Assembly (NCBI RefSeq): GCF_036321535.1
Contig: NC_087449.1
Location: 28,644,001 to 28,708,000, forward strand
From: Camelus dromedarius
Lineage: Eukaryota
Length of the DNA stretch: 64,000 bases
Direction of reading: 5' to 3'
The position numbers were made by a program, and so were the translations under genes. Below, piece by piece: positions 49,004 to 62,289 of the stretch. Position 1 is the first letter of the stretch. The number at the start of each line of letters is the position of its first letter. The notes under the pieces are model-generated. The model was not told the origin of the DNA, made no database searches, and saw only the letters and a list, made by a program, of their open reading frames with translations.

Positions 49004-50712
49004 GAAAAGAAAAGAGAGAGTAAGACAGCATACTTAGGAAGTCTGTCTGGCTGATTGTGAGCCAGGAAATGAGACAGAGTGGAGCCTACCTGACATCACA
49101 GATCAGTGCAGGCATGACAGGCTGGACGGGGTGCCCAGATGAGTAGGTGAGCTGGTGCACCGTGTGGGAGCAGGTGCTGTCAGGTGTCAGGAACCACTCA
49201 GCAGCCCTTTGAAGCATGGAATGGATGTGGTGCAGTCAGTCAGGGGTTTTTCTCTCTCTCCTTAGTCCAGCATAGGAACAATGGGCTTGTCTTCCTTTTA
49301 TCCAGCATATATCAGGGTGGAAAGATCACTGAAGTTAGAGTCCTTTGCACTAAGTTTACATTGTAGAGTTGGTGGTCCTCAGATTGTAGGTAGCTGGCAA
49401 TCATGTGGGGAGCTTAGAAAATGCCCCAGTCCCAAGTACTCTAACTCAGTGATAGCTGGCTTGGGTCCTAGAGGGCAAAGCCGAGGCAAAAGCTAATATC
49501 TTACCACTTTATTGGGAGCCAGAATCCCAGAAAAGTACCAGGAAGGTAAAAGGGAGTGAGGAAGGGAAGAGAGCAGTACCAGTAGATGGTACCTGATTGA
49601 GCTGGCTACCAGCTCGTGCCAGGTGGAACCAAATTCTTAACAAGACTATCTCCCAATAGCTTCTGGAACCTCTGTGTCTCAGGATGGTCAGGCCAGGGTA
49701 GAAGGGGGTAGACCTATCACCCATTCCCGTGGGTTAAAGGCTTGCCCATGGAACATGAACTCCTCTTTACTTCTGAATTGAAAATGCCTGGGTTCCAAGT
49801 GGCTCTTGTGATATCTTATGCCTCAGATAGGGAAGTAAAAGCGAGAGAGGAAGGTATGGGCGTAAGCAAGATGCTGTCAAGTTACTCATGGGAAGTGAGT
49901 AAGGACCTGGGGATGCCCGAGGTCAAACGGGTGGCCGAAGGCCCTAGAGAGAGGCAAAGCCAAGTGGTACGTGCAAGGTGTCTGCTACAGACCCTAAATG
50001 ATACTGATCAGGGTGGTTTGGGGCTTCTACTTTGCAAAACCTTGTCCTGAACTGAATGACCTACAACAAACTATTTAACTCCTCTGTGTGACAGTTTCTT
50101 CTCTTGGAAAATGACAAGCAGGACACTTAAACCCACTTTACTGAAGTTAAAACTAAATAAACCTCATGGAAAAAACTACTTACATGATGACAATCCATAG
50201 GAATCTGCATCTCGGTTTTGCACCAGAGCAATCGCAGGATGACTAGGAATAAAAACATCCTTTTCCTCTCTCAGTAACAACTACAGAGCTGAATACACTT
50301 ATAGTTGATACACTTGGACGTTGTAATTAAGCAAATATGATAAAGCTGAATTTTGTAGAAAGCAAGTAAGCAATTCATTCAATATTTAACAAATTTTAAT
50401 GATTAATTTTGTGCTCAAATGCTGGGAGGTGCAAAGGCAAATAAAATAGCGCTCCATAGACATGTTAAAAAAAAGCAATGAGCAATCTGGGAATTGTACT
50501 TCTGCTTATCCTTCTAATTATAAGGCTAATTAAACCCTGACTAGTGGTCCTAGTGTATAAATCCTTTTGCTGTGCTTGGTTCCCTTGTGGAACATTCAAG
50601 ACCCATGAAATTCAGGTACACAAAGTTTCATTTACTGAAGGCTCAGTTATCTGCAGCTTTGGTCATGCACATGTCTACAGGGAAAAGCAAAATCAGTGAG
50701 TTAACACCTTTC

Positions 50713-50870
50713 CTAGTCTTTGAGGCTGACAGGTGTCAACTGAGAAAAAAAAGCACAACCTAAAAGTTGAGAGTTATGTTTTATTCTGCAAACATTTCTG
50801 AGAGGTTGCTCTGAAGAGGCAGAGGAGGAGCCAGGATATATGAGTTTTTGCACCAAAACCAGGTAGTCAT
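50713..50870 (-). mobile_element. ERV1-type LTR fragment of ungulate type
   Basis: tgtcaactgagaaaaaaaagcacaacctaaaagttgagagttatgttttatt ... gaggagccaggatatat. Confidence 0.55.
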
Positions 50871-51112
50871 GGGGTCTTAGCACTAGCCAGGTCTTTGCAG
50901 TTACCTGGTTTTGCTCCTAGTCAAAGTAGAAATGTCTGATTTCTGATGAATGTTCACTTTCCTCATGAATATTTGTGGTATTGAGAAACTTAGCACCTAG
51001 AGACTCAGCCCCTTCTATTTGGAGAGAATTGTCATTCATAGAGAGTTTCTTACAAGTTCTACACATTGGTCCAATGTGGTGCCTCTGCATCTACAAGTCA
51101 TACACTGAATCC

Positions 51113-51325
51113 ATTCTCTAGCAAATTGTTTCTATGAGAGGCCATATAATAAATATTTTAGGTTTTTCAGGCCAGCTACATGTGGCCTCTGTTGCATATT
51201 CTTTGGGTTTTTTGTTTGTTTATTTGTTTTACTTTACAAAGTTTAAAAATGTAAAAACCATTTTTATCTCACAGATGATTTAAAATCAGGTTTCTAGCTG
51301 GGTTTGGCCTGTGAGCTCTTGATCT
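51113..51325. mobile_element. MER58-like hAT MITE
   Basis: agcaaattgtttctatgagaggccatataataaatattttagg ... aaaaatgtaaaaaccatttt ... tttggcctgtg. Confidence 0.7.
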
Positions 51326-51338
51326 GTATATCTAATAA

Positions 51339-51339
<1 letters not shown>

Positions 51340-51384
<45 letters not shown>

Positions 51385-51400
51385 GCACACACACACACGT
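51340..51400. repeat. (CA)n microsatellite followed by TA/CA compound repeat
   Basis: About 18 uninterrupted CA units from 51340. Confidence 0.95.
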
Positions 51401-51642
51401 ATTTACAAATATAGAGATGTGTCTATATGCATATATATGCTAGCATGTATATTTAATAAATGTATAAAATATAGTTATCTCCACACATACATTTGTATAT
51501 ATAGTGTAACAGAATGTTTCTGGATGCTTTGGAGTCAGATTAAACTGGGTTAACCTTTCATTACCACCACTTACTGTCTTTGGGAGGTAACACAATTTAC
51601 CTAATCTCTTTGAGCCTCCTTAACAGTCTATAAAATTGAGAT

Positions 51643-52076
51643 GTATATGCCACAGCAGATTGCAATGTTGGTCCCAATTCTTCACCCTTTCTTTTTGCAT
51701 CCACACCTCTTGCCATGTAACTGCAGTGCTCCCTTGCTCTGACTTGTACAACATGGGACGTTAGCAAATGCGATAAAGGCAGAGGCGTAAGTGATGCTAG
51801 TGGGTTTCCACTTGTGCCCTTGCTCTTCTGCCATCATCATGAAAACATGCTTGGACTAACCTGTTGGAAGATGAGAGACATGGAGACAAGGAAAGTCAGC
51901 TAAATTGCCCCAGCCAGAGCCACCCTAGATTATCTAAAAGCCAATTAACTCTCTAACATTTGAGGACATCCAGGCTAAATCAGAAGAACCACCTACATGA
52001 TTCTTGAACTGCATAATTTACTGAGTTTAGAGTGGTTTGCTATTTAGCATTCTTGCAGATATAGAGAACTGATACA
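51643..52076 (+). mobile_element. MLT1G/H-like MaLR LTR
   Basis: ggtcccaattcttcaccc...ctgccatcatcatgaaaacatgc...gtggtttgctatttagca...aactgataca. Confidence 0.7.
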
Positions 52077-52330
52077 AATGCCTACCCACAGAATTGTTCT
52101 GAAAATGAAATCACAACTCCCTTCTCTAGATTTTATGCAATGTGTATTTAAAAAGAAAACAAAAAGTTATAAAATGTAACTGTCTACCATTTGTCTAACC
52201 CATGTAGTTTACAAGATATTTTAATTTCTGTTTATTCCTTTAACTCTTATAACAATGGCTATCTTCAGGCTTTTTGGTTGCAGATAACAGAATCCACTCC
52301 AATTGACTTAAGCAGAAAAAATTGATTGAA

Positions 52331-52724
52331 ACATATTATGTATGTATAACTAAATCACTATGCTGTACACCAGAAACTAACACAACATTGTAAATTCAAC
52401 TATACTTCAATAAAAAATTTAAAATGACACAAATGAACTTATTTCCAAAACAGAAACTGACTCACAGACATAGAAAACAAACTTACGGTTACCAAAAGGG
52501 AAGGGGGGCAGGGGTAAATTAGGAGTTTGGGACTAGAAGATACAAATTACTATATGCAGAATAGATAAACAACAAGGACCTACTGTATAGCACAGGGAAC
52601 TATATTCACTAGTTTGTAATAACCTATAATGAGAAAGAATACATATATATATAACTGACTCGCTATGCTGAACACCAGAAACTAACACAAAATTGGAAAT
52701 CAACTAAACTTCAATAAAAAAAAG
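52331..52724 (+). mobile_element. Two tandem L1 3' ends (about 52331-52414 and 52415-52724)
   Basis: The motif ctatgctg(t/a)acaccagaaactaacaca...caacta(t/a)acttcaataaaaaa occurs twice; the second copy extends back to tgacacaaatgaacttattt. Confidence 0.88.
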
Positions 52725-54839
52725 AGTATTATATAGCTCACAATATCTAAAAAGAGGAAGATAACAAGGCTTGGATGTCAAGACACCACGGCCAGGAAAA
52801 GCTTCTAGTCACTCTACGGTCCAATTTTGGTAGAAAATATATTGCCCTTCAGGCTTGCCCTTTGACTCCTATGTCACTCAGACCTGAAACCAGAAACTCT
52901 ACGTTGGCTGCTTCAGAAGAACCAGATGTCTCTGTCACTTGGATTGCCAGACGGTTTGCTTGCCCTGTGTGGCCACTGCCTCGTGTTGCACTATATCTGT
53001 GTGGACATCTTGTGTGGCTGTGTATAAATGGAGGAAACTATGTCACACGACTGTACCCTTTCTGGAAGAGAGTCCGGGAAATGTAGTTTTGCTTATAGAC
53101 CAGAATGCATGCTCAAAGGGGATTCAATGGATGCTGAGTGAGGTGCACCGCAGTTTCTGCCACACAAATTCTGGGATGTACACTTCACAGATGAGCAACC
53201 TGAGTTTCAGAGGAATTCAGTGACTTTCCCAAAGTCATATAGGTTTTGAAGGGCAGCAGCATCTGAACACATATCTGATAGAGCTCTGTTCTTTCTGTAA
53301 TAGAACAGCTTTCCCCATCTATTGGAGGATGGCCCAATCTAGATGCAGTGAATGCTGCTGGCTGGGGAAGTGAGGGTCGTCGCTGACTTGGTCTGAGCTC
53401 CGAGGAGGCTGCTGCACTTCCAGCACGAAGCCACTTTGCCAGAAGTCTTGGCAGAGGGAAATCATACATCAGAGATTCAGATTTTTCAAAAAAGCTATGA
53501 TAGTTTTCAGGAACTAGCATGAAACCAAGCCTTATAGCCAGGCTAGTTGTACAATTAGAAAAGCATTCTAGGCTCCCGAATTGTCAGTGAGGCTTCAGGC
53601 TGGAGGGATTCAGTCTGGGTGACTGCCACAAGATGTGGCGGCAGGTCGCTTTCCCAGCGTGTATTTGCTGCAGGCCCCAGAGATACATCAGGAAAATACC
53701 AGTTGGGGTCCCATTTGGGCACGTCTCCTCAGCGCACAACTGAACACCACAGATTCCTACAGATAATGAGACTATCCACCCATGGCACTTCACCCATCCT
53801 CTTCTACTGGTTCCCACCTATTTCTCAGGTCCGTTGGATGGGTTAGCTTTGATATTGATGAGTTGGACCAGGACTGGAATATGCTGATTAAGCAGTAATT
53901 CTCATCAAACCTGCAGTGGTTTCTCCTACGTTATAACTGGGGACTAGAAAAGATAACTGACTTTTTCTCAGAATATGGGATAAGAGCACTTACCCAGCTG
54001 AGAAGGCAATAAGGAGCCTTTCCCGTGTCTTGGTATAACAGGCTGGTTTGGGTGCAGCAGCCTTTTCTTTGTGCTAAATTTGACTGGTCTCTGACTGTTC
54101 CCATAGACACAGACGCCGTCATATCATTCTCTTCTGTGTGTCCCCATGCCTGCGCTTTTAAGAACTCAGCCCATGTAGCCTTCAGAGAGGCAAAATGCAT
54201 TCTGAATTAGAGTAAGAGGCTTTTCATTTATTCTTTGAGATCCATTATGCATAATAACAAAGGACAACTTTGACTTATTTCTAAATGTCAGCTAGCAAAA
54301 CATCTGTTAGCCAGAGAAAACATGGCTTTCCCCAGAACATGAGCTCACCTCAGCACTTGCTGTGAACAACTGGTGATTTCTTAGAATTCATGCTCCAGCC
54401 AATTGGAATGAACATGAAATTGAATTAAAGGACAGAGCATCATTTTTAGCTGGTGTTACTGTGATTCTAAGCAGCTTATACAAGTAGCTTTTCTATGTAT
54501 TTGGATGGTGGGCTTGGAGACCACAAAGCCCTCATTTTTTCCATTTTGTTTGTTGTTACCATTTAAAATGAGATGTTTAAAAAGTAGAGTGTTCTCCTTG
54601 AAAAAGCTCAATCCAGAATTCAGGGTCCTGGAATTCTAGTCCCAAGTATTGGGAATGCTTCTCTATATAACATGCAATCGAATCAATCCTGAGATTATTT
54701 TGTGTAGAAAAAGAACATGTTATATTTTTAAAAAATTCTTTCTTTGTGATAAAACTGATGTTGGTGAATGTGGTTTTATCTGTAGGCAAGTAGTTTTCTT
54801 AACATCAGATTAAAGAATAAGACTTTCTCTCTATAATTT

Positions 54840-57067
54840 TAGGCAGTACCAGACCAGGGCAGGTCTTCCCTGTTCCCATAAGAGCAAACACTAGCCCTAT
54901 AAAATGTATAGGGCAGTTCTATGATGTCAGAGCAAACTGAAAGCTGGTAGCTCTGGAGGGAGGATATAGAGCAGTGGCAAAGTGTGTGCTTAGCATGCTT
55001 GAGGCCCTGGGTTCAATCCCCAGTACCTCTGTTAAAGAAATATATTAAAAATAAATAAATAAACCTAATTACCTCCCTTCCAAAAAACAAACAAATGAAA
55101 GTCAGCAGCTCTGCCACTAAGGAGACTGGGTTGCTTTGGAGCCGTATGTATACCCAGTGGCATTGTTAACAGCAATAGCAGTCCGAGTGGCAAGCACTTG
55201 GAAAGCCAACTTGCAGATACTGGTTGGGACAAAACACACGTCAACAGATTAAATCAGAAATTTAACAGGGAGATCCAGAGAATGAGATAGCCGTACTGGA
55301 CCCTGAAAGCTGCCACATATCTCCTTTGGGTTGGTCTGGAAGGCTACACATACATGGAAGACTGCATGCATACTCAGGAGACACCAGGGAGGGCCCTCAC
55401 TAACTGTTCATCTATGACTGACTGTGAGTCCTAGTGAACTCAAGAGGAGATGCAAGAAGGCCCATCTGAAAGTAAACTGGGCAGATTTTAAACTGCTTGA
55501 ATTTTTAATATATTCTCCAACCCACATACAGGTCCATCAAGAAAGGGCAGATATGTTACTAAATCAAGGTGTTTAACTACTACTTCTGACTGCCAAGCTA
55601 GGGCAAACCCTAGGAAGCCAGGGATAAAATTAAAACAAGAATAAAAGAAAAAAAGACTGAGCATAAATAATAGCAGCTGAACAGTTTGAGGGAGACATAT
55701 TCTATAGAATTAGTCCAGTAGAGTCACTAAACAAATAAACAACAAAAACTCTGAAAACAAAAGCAACCTCTAGAGGGAATCAGAATCCAGAATTCCTTCA
55801 ATATATTATCTTAAATGTCAATTTTTTCAACAACAACAAAAAAATGTAGCATGCAAAGGAGCAGCAAAGTGTGACCCACATTCAGGAAAAATTTAGACTT
55901 AATAGATTTAGACTTAGTAGAAAGTGACTTCAAAGCAGTTATCTCAAATATGTTAAATTTAAAAGAAATCATGTTCAAGAAATAAGGAAAATATGCTGAT
56001 AATGACTCATTAAATTGAGGATAAAGATCTAGAAATTATAAAAGAAGAACCAAATGGAAATTCTGGAGTTGAAAAGTTTGATAACTGAAATGAAAAATTC
56101 ATTAGAGGGGCTCATGAGCAAATTCAAGATGTCAGAAGAGAGAATTGGTGAACTTTAAGATATAGCCATAACATTTATCCAGTTTGAAGAATAGAAGGAA
56201 AAAAGAATGAAGAAAATCAACTGCATCTCAGAGACCTGTGGGTCACCATGAAGCATATCAACATACGTTTAATGGGAGTCCCAGTAGGAGATGAGAGAAA
56301 GGGGAAGAAAAAAATATTTGAATAAATTATGGCCCAGAACTTCCAAGCTTAATTTAAAATTAATATGCACATCCAAGAACATCAATGAACTACAAGTAAG
56401 ACAAACACAAAGAAATCTATGACTAGACAGACAATAGTCAAATGATTGAAAGCTAAACACAAAGGGACAATCCTAAGAGCCACAAAAGTAAAGCAACTAA
56501 TTGCACACAGTGGAACCACAATAAGGTTAATAGCAAACTTCTCATCAGAAGCAACCGAGGCCAGAAGGCAGTATGATGACATATTCAAAATGCTGTAAGA
56601 GAAAAACCTATCAACCAAGAATTCTCTATCCAGCAAAACTATTTTTCACAAAGGAAAGTGAAACAAAGATATTCTCAGATAAACAAGGCTGAGGGGAACT
56701 TGTTGCCAGCAGACCAGCCTTGTAAGAATTAGTAAAGAGAGTTTGGGTCCTGGAAGGAAATGACAGCAGCTGATAATTTGAATTCACATGAATAAATAGA
56801 GAGCACTTGTAATTAATTATGTAGGTAAATACAAAAGACAGTAAATATATGCATTTTTTCTCTTGACTGACTGAAGAGACAATTGTATCGAACAATAATT
56901 ATAAAACTATTTTGGGGCTTATAACATATAATAATGTAATATATATGACTATAACAGAATAAAGGAGAAGAAAGGAAATGCACAGATACTGGAACAAAGT
57001 TTCTATATTTTCTTGGAGTTAAGTTGGTATTAATCTGAAGTATATTCTGATAGATTCAGGTGCATAC
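54840..57067 (+). mobile_element. Old L1M 5' region with decayed ORF1 and inter-ORF segment
   Basis: gaaccaaatggaaattctggagttgaaaag, cagagacctgtggg...caacatacgtttaatgggagtccc, caaacttctcatcagaagcaaccgaggccagaaggcag, caaccaagaattctctatccagcaaaacta. Many stops and frameshifts. Confidence 0.88.
54956..55095 (+). mobile_element. tRNA-derived camelid SINE (Vic-1-like)
   Basis: gagggaggatatagagcagtggc...gtgcttagcatgcttgaggccctgggttcaatccccagtacctc (B box GGTTCAATCC), aaacctaattacctccc, A-rich tail. TSD 54938-54955 / 55096-55113 (14 of 18 identical). Confidence 0.9.
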
Positions 57068-57403
57068 GCACATAAACAGCATATAGGTGGATGTTCTTTT
57101 GTTGTCTAGTCTGACATTCTGCTTTTTGATAGGAATGCTATTCACATTTAATGAGAATACTGTTTATATTTACTGTGATATTTATATTTAATGTAATTAT
57201 TGATATGGTTGGATTCGCATCTGTATTTTGAAACATGTTTTCTATATGTGTCATGACTTTTATGCTCCTCCTATGCTACTTCTCTGATGTAAAACAGGTA
57301 TTTTCTAGTGTACCATTTTAGTTCCTAGTTGGATTTTTTTACTCTATCCTTTGAGTTGTTTTCTTAGTGGTATTTAAAGGATTTCAGTATGCATCCTAAT
57401 CTA
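57068..57403 (-). mobile_element. Inverted continuation of the same L1M (inter-ORF to ORF2 start)
   Basis: Minus strand reads ttagattaggatgcatactgaaatcc...aaaatggtacactagaaaatacc...ccaaccatatcaataattacattaaat. Confidence 0.75.
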
Positions 57404-58849
57404 AGCACACACTGAGCTATTACCGTCCCCAAGAGCTGGTCACTTTTGGATATGAGATGGGAATGCTTATATATGGGTTTTAGGGTTGTTGTGGGGCTTA
57501 AAGGAAACAGGATAAGTGGGGAAGCCAGGTACTTAATAAATCTGTTTCCATCCCCAGTGGCTTTCTAAACCCAGTGTGCATCAGGCACTGTATGACATTC
57601 CATCAAATCTTACAGCAACAAACACGACAGTTGTATGTAGAAAGCACTCAGGGAATGTATGATCTTTTTTCTTCCAATAACACTTGAATATTCAGCTACA
57701 TTAAGATGGTTATACTGAATTTATTTTATTTGTCTTCCTCTCACCTGAAACTCCATGTTGCTAAATTAAAATGTCACATTTTTTAATCACAGATATTTAT
57801 GGAGCATTTTTATTCATTTAAACAGATATTTACAGAGCATTTTCTGAGTGTCAGATATTATGCTTGGCACTGGAAGCCCAGAATGAACTAGGCAGATTTA
57901 TTCTAAGTGAGGAGAATGGCCCTCTGTGGGCCACACCGGTGCACATAGGGCCCTTATTCACCTCAGTTCCTAAGGACTTTGGGTTGAGTGCTAACTGGAC
58001 TATTTCCTCACCAGCTGTGTGACTCTGGGCTAATTACTGAACTTCTCTGAGATCCAGTTTCTTCTTCTATGAAAGAGGATTAATAACACAACTCAAACCT
58101 TCTTTTATTCGAAACAGCTCCAATTTTACAACATTGTTTTACATATTGGATATGGAGAGATGAGCTTGAAGCCTTTTTCTTTATATAACTGCCCCAGGGG
58201 AACTTTGTTCTTATAGTGAATGCTGTCCTAAATTACAGACTTTTTTTTTCCCACAGACTATCCAGTTTTTAAAGGCATATATTCTGGTACAGCTGGGTTT
58301 TCTTGAAATGTATGAAGAAGTTTCCTACAAGGGCACAGAGTATACCCCAGTGCAGGGTAATTACTGCAGAGTTGAATGCCTACAGGACCAGGGATGTAGG
58401 TGAATAAAGCAGAAGTTGGGCTGTATGTGGCTCCCTGGTCTGTCTGAAGCTGACACCTGCTACACAGCTCTTACTGCAGGATTCTTCTCAGGAATATGGA
58501 CCCAGTGCTCCTGGGTGTGCTCTTGTTTCACAAGAAGCCAGAAATCTGGATTTCTTTGTGTTAGGGATTTCCAATTTTTAAGTCTTTGCTGTATTTTTTT
58601 TTTCATGGTGTAGACCATATTAACATGTATTTGAGCTGTAATCAGCCACTGACCACCAGATTGTAACTTTAATAGGAAAAAGAATCTCAGGCTTTGGAGC
58701 CAGAAGACTGTGGCCATTATTAGCTGGATGAATGACCTTAAGCAGATTATCTAACCTCTATCCAACTCAGTTACTTCCTCTGCAAAAGTAAGGATAACAT
58801 TAACGCTAACCAGTGTAGTAGTGAGAAAGATTATATGTAAAACCTAGCA

Positions 58850-59690
58850 CAAGAAACACAACTTCAAAAATGGGCAAAAGTTTTGAATAGGTACTTCATC
58901 AAAGAAAATATGTAAATGGTTAATAAGAGCATGAAAAGACTCTCAACATCACTAGACATTAGAGAAATGCAAATTAAAACCATGAGATACTACCCTACCT
59001 GGAACAGGATGTCTATAATCAAAAAGTCAAATAACAACAAATGTTGGTGAGGATGTGGGAAAACTGGGGTAAACATTGTTTCTTTTGTTGCCAGGGAAAA
59101 TGTGTAATGGTATAGCCAGTTTGGAAAACAAATTTGACAATTTCTCAAAATGTTAAACAGGAATTTATCATACAACCCAGAATTCCACTCATAGGCATCT
59201 ATCCCCATGAAAACATGTGTGCCCAGAAGACTTGCTTGGAAATTCTCATAGCAGTGTTACTTATAAAACTCCCCAAAAATCAATTCAAATTTTCATTGAC
59301 TGGTAGAAGGGCATACAAAATGCTGCATATCCATATGATGGAATAAAAAGTAATGAGATGCTAAAACATGGATGGACACTAAAAATATGCCCAGTAAAAT
59401 AAGCCAGATGCAAAAGATCACATATTATATAATTCTAAGAACTATCCCGAAAAGCAAATCTATAGATGAAGAAAGTAGATTAGTCCTTGCCTGTAGCAGA
59501 GGTTAGGAACAAGGACTGACTACATATAGACACAATGCAACTTTCAGGGTAATGGGAATGTTCTAAAGCTAGACTGTGGCATTTTGGAAATATACTAAAA
59601 ATCTTGGAACTGTGCACTTAAAACTGGTAATTTTATAGTGTATAAATTATTCCTCAACATTTTTTTTTGTAAAAAAGAAACCCTAGCCTA
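58850..59690 (+). mobile_element. L1MB/L1MC-type 3' end
   Basis: aaaaatgggcaaaag, agagaaatgcaaattaaaaccatgagatac, aatgttggtgaggatgtgg, ggtaatgggaatgttctaaagctagactgtgg. Confidence 0.85.
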
Positions 59691-59781
59691 GCAAATAATA
59701 TTTACTTAATAAATGCAACTTCTATTACCCTTTAAGTACAGAGAATTAAAATTGCATTGCAATGAAAAATTCAGGACCTAA

Positions 59782-60673
59782 AATAGACATATGAAAAAAT
59801 GCTCAATATCACTAATTATCAGAGAAATGCAAATCAAAACTACAATGAGGGATCACCTTACACCAGTCAGAATGGCCATCATTCAAAAGTCCATAAATGA
59901 TAAATGCTGGAGAGGGCGTGGAGAAAAGGGAACCTTCCTAACTGTTGATGGGAACGTAGTTTGGTGCAACCATTATGGAAAACAGTGTGGAGATTCCTCA
60001 AAAAACTAAAAATAGACTTACCATATGATCCACCAATCCTACTTCTGGTTATATATATCCAGAAGGAACTCTAATGAGAAAAGGTACATGCACCCNNNNN
60101 NNNNNNNNNNNNNNNNNNNNNNNNNNNNNNNNNNNNNNNNNNNNNNNNNNNNNNNNNNNNNNNNNNNNNNNNNNNNNNNNNNNNNNNNNNNNNNNNNNNN
60201 NNNNNNNNNNNNNNNNNNNNNNNNNNNNNNNNNNNNNNNNNNNNNNNNNNNNNNNNNNNNNNNNNNNNNNNNNNNGTGAAGTAAGTCAGAAAGAGAAAGA
60301 AAACTACCATATGATATCACTCATATGTGGAACCTAAAAAAAAAAAAGAAAGGACACTATGAAATCTCCTATAAAACAGAAACAGACTCTCAGATTTGTC
60401 AAACAATCTTATGGGTACCAGGGAAAGGGGGGTTGGAGGGGATAAATTTGGGAGTTTGACATTTACAAATGTTAGCTACTATATATAACAATAGATTTTT
60501 AAAAGGTTTCTTTTGTATAGCACAGGGAACTATGCTCAATCTTGTAATAACCTTTAATGGAAAAAAATATGAAAGCAAATATATGTATGTATATGCAAGA
60601 CTGGGACATTGTGCTGTACACCAGAAATTGATACATTGTAAATGACTGTACTCCAATTAAAAAAAAAAAAAAG
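59782..60673 (+). mobile_element. Younger camelid-type L1, 5'-truncated, with ORF2 C-terminal remnant (N run 60096-60275)
   Basis: ORF 59791-60009 [33 protein letters not shown] is L1 ORF2p C-terminus. Poly(A) tail. TSD aattcagg(a/t)cctaa at 59768-59781 and 60674-60687. Confidence 0.93.
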
Positions 60674-60687
60674 AATTCAGGTCCTAA

Positions 60688-60880
60688 GATTGAACTCTGG
60701 CCTTTTACTTACTTACTAGCTGTGTGTCTTTGGAAACATTACTTAACTTCTCTGAGGCTCAGGCTCCCCATTTGCAAACTAAAAATAATAATAGCTATAG
60801 AGATTTTTTTAAAAAGAATTATGAGATCACACATATAAGATGTGTAACATATAGTAAGCCCACAATGAATGATAGCAACA
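60688..60880 (+). mobile_element. MIR SINE
   Basis: acttactagctgtgtgtcttggaaacattacttaacttctctgaggctcag. Confidence 0.8.
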
Positions 60881-62289
60881 TTGTTTTCCAGATTTATCAC
60901 CTCCTCTCCCCTCATCGCCTGTCTTTTGCAACCATGATTATAACAGAGTTCCTCTCTATTCCTCTTCCCCACAACCCCGGGATTTTCTCTACAGAATTTA
61001 GTCAGTTTGTAGGACTGCAGTAGAGTCTGGGCTGGAAGTACTGCTTAGCATTATTTGGCCATGGGTTGCTCACCACTTCTATGAATGCCACTTGGACGTA
61101 GATAAGCAGTGCTAATACTCAGCACGCTAATAAGCACTCTCCGTTGTATGTACTTGCATCCGGGAAGTTCATCGCCTTATTACAGACATTATCAAATGGC
61201 TTCTACAGCCCTCCTGTCAGGTAGAGGGAACGAGGAGCCAGAAGAGAGCCTCTTTTTGCAGATTGAAAAACTGATGCGAGAATTGGCAAACTGATGAAGA
61301 GAGGTGATTGACAGGACAGGGGGCCCTTCAGCTCTTCTCATAGAGTGGGGCGGTTCTCACTGGAGTGAGTAATCTTAATATAAGAAACCAGAGCTCTTTC
61401 AAGATGCTCTTTCATTCTCCAGAGAGGTCTGAGGACACGTGTTTTTCTTCACCATAAGAAAAACAACAGTGCAAGTGTGGTGATGAATGTGGTCCAGTTG
61501 ACATTAGGGAGTGGTGGGGACTGTGGTAAACAAGAGGGTTGGTGCTCCTTTCCAAGGGAACATCTGTTCATTAGCCCCATTCTGTTATTTCCATGTGTGA
61601 ATGGGGCCCAGAGGGGCCAGAATTATGTTTCCTTAAAAGAAGTTAGGCAACCATGTTTTTGTGCAAAATCACCTAATTTTTAAATCTTACTAACAATGAA
61701 AAAACACTAAAAAATTATCTATCAGCTGGACATGACCCCAGGTCTAACCTCTATTTTGAAGGAATCTTCTGGCATCCGTTACAGGGGTTCAAAGAGAAGG
61801 TGAGGGAACCTAGGAGGATGTAGTGGAGGGACTCCTGCATTTAGTAAAGGGTGGGCTAGATGATTACTGAGGCTCCTTCCTTTTTCTTTTCCTATGATAT
61901 CAGAGGACAAGGAGTAGCATCCTGGCTCAAGGCTGAACCACACTTGGTTGTCCCTAACAGGTGATGTCACTAGTGGCATTTCACAATGTTAATTGACTAC
62001 AATTACAAAATGCAGCAAATGCTATAAAGGAAATAACTGGGGTTTTATGAGAGAGAAAAATAGGACTGGGTGGGTGGGCTCTGCTCTTGGTTGAGTGATC
62101 ATGGAAGTTTTCTCCAGGAAAATATTTAAGCTGAGAATTGAAGGACTAGCACTCATTAGCTATGGAAGATTGGATGCGATGGAGAGTTCCAAGAAGAGGG
62201 AACAGTATGCTTCTTAAACTTCAAAGAAAAATTAAATAGAATGGCAAGTACCACTAAGAGGGCTAACCCTGGGTCAGAGGGCAAGCAGA

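Noticed and set aside
53614-53636. ccacaagatgtggcggca, resembling CTCF or YY1 motifs
   Set aside because: A 2-nt insertion breaks the spacing of both motifs.
54956-55035. tRNA-like sequence (also 22440-22365)
   Set aside because: SINE heads with decayed cloverleaf, SINE tail and TSD; not tRNA genes.
56269-56895. Three minus-strand hydrophobic ORFs
   Set aside because: Antisense translations of decayed L1 ORF1.
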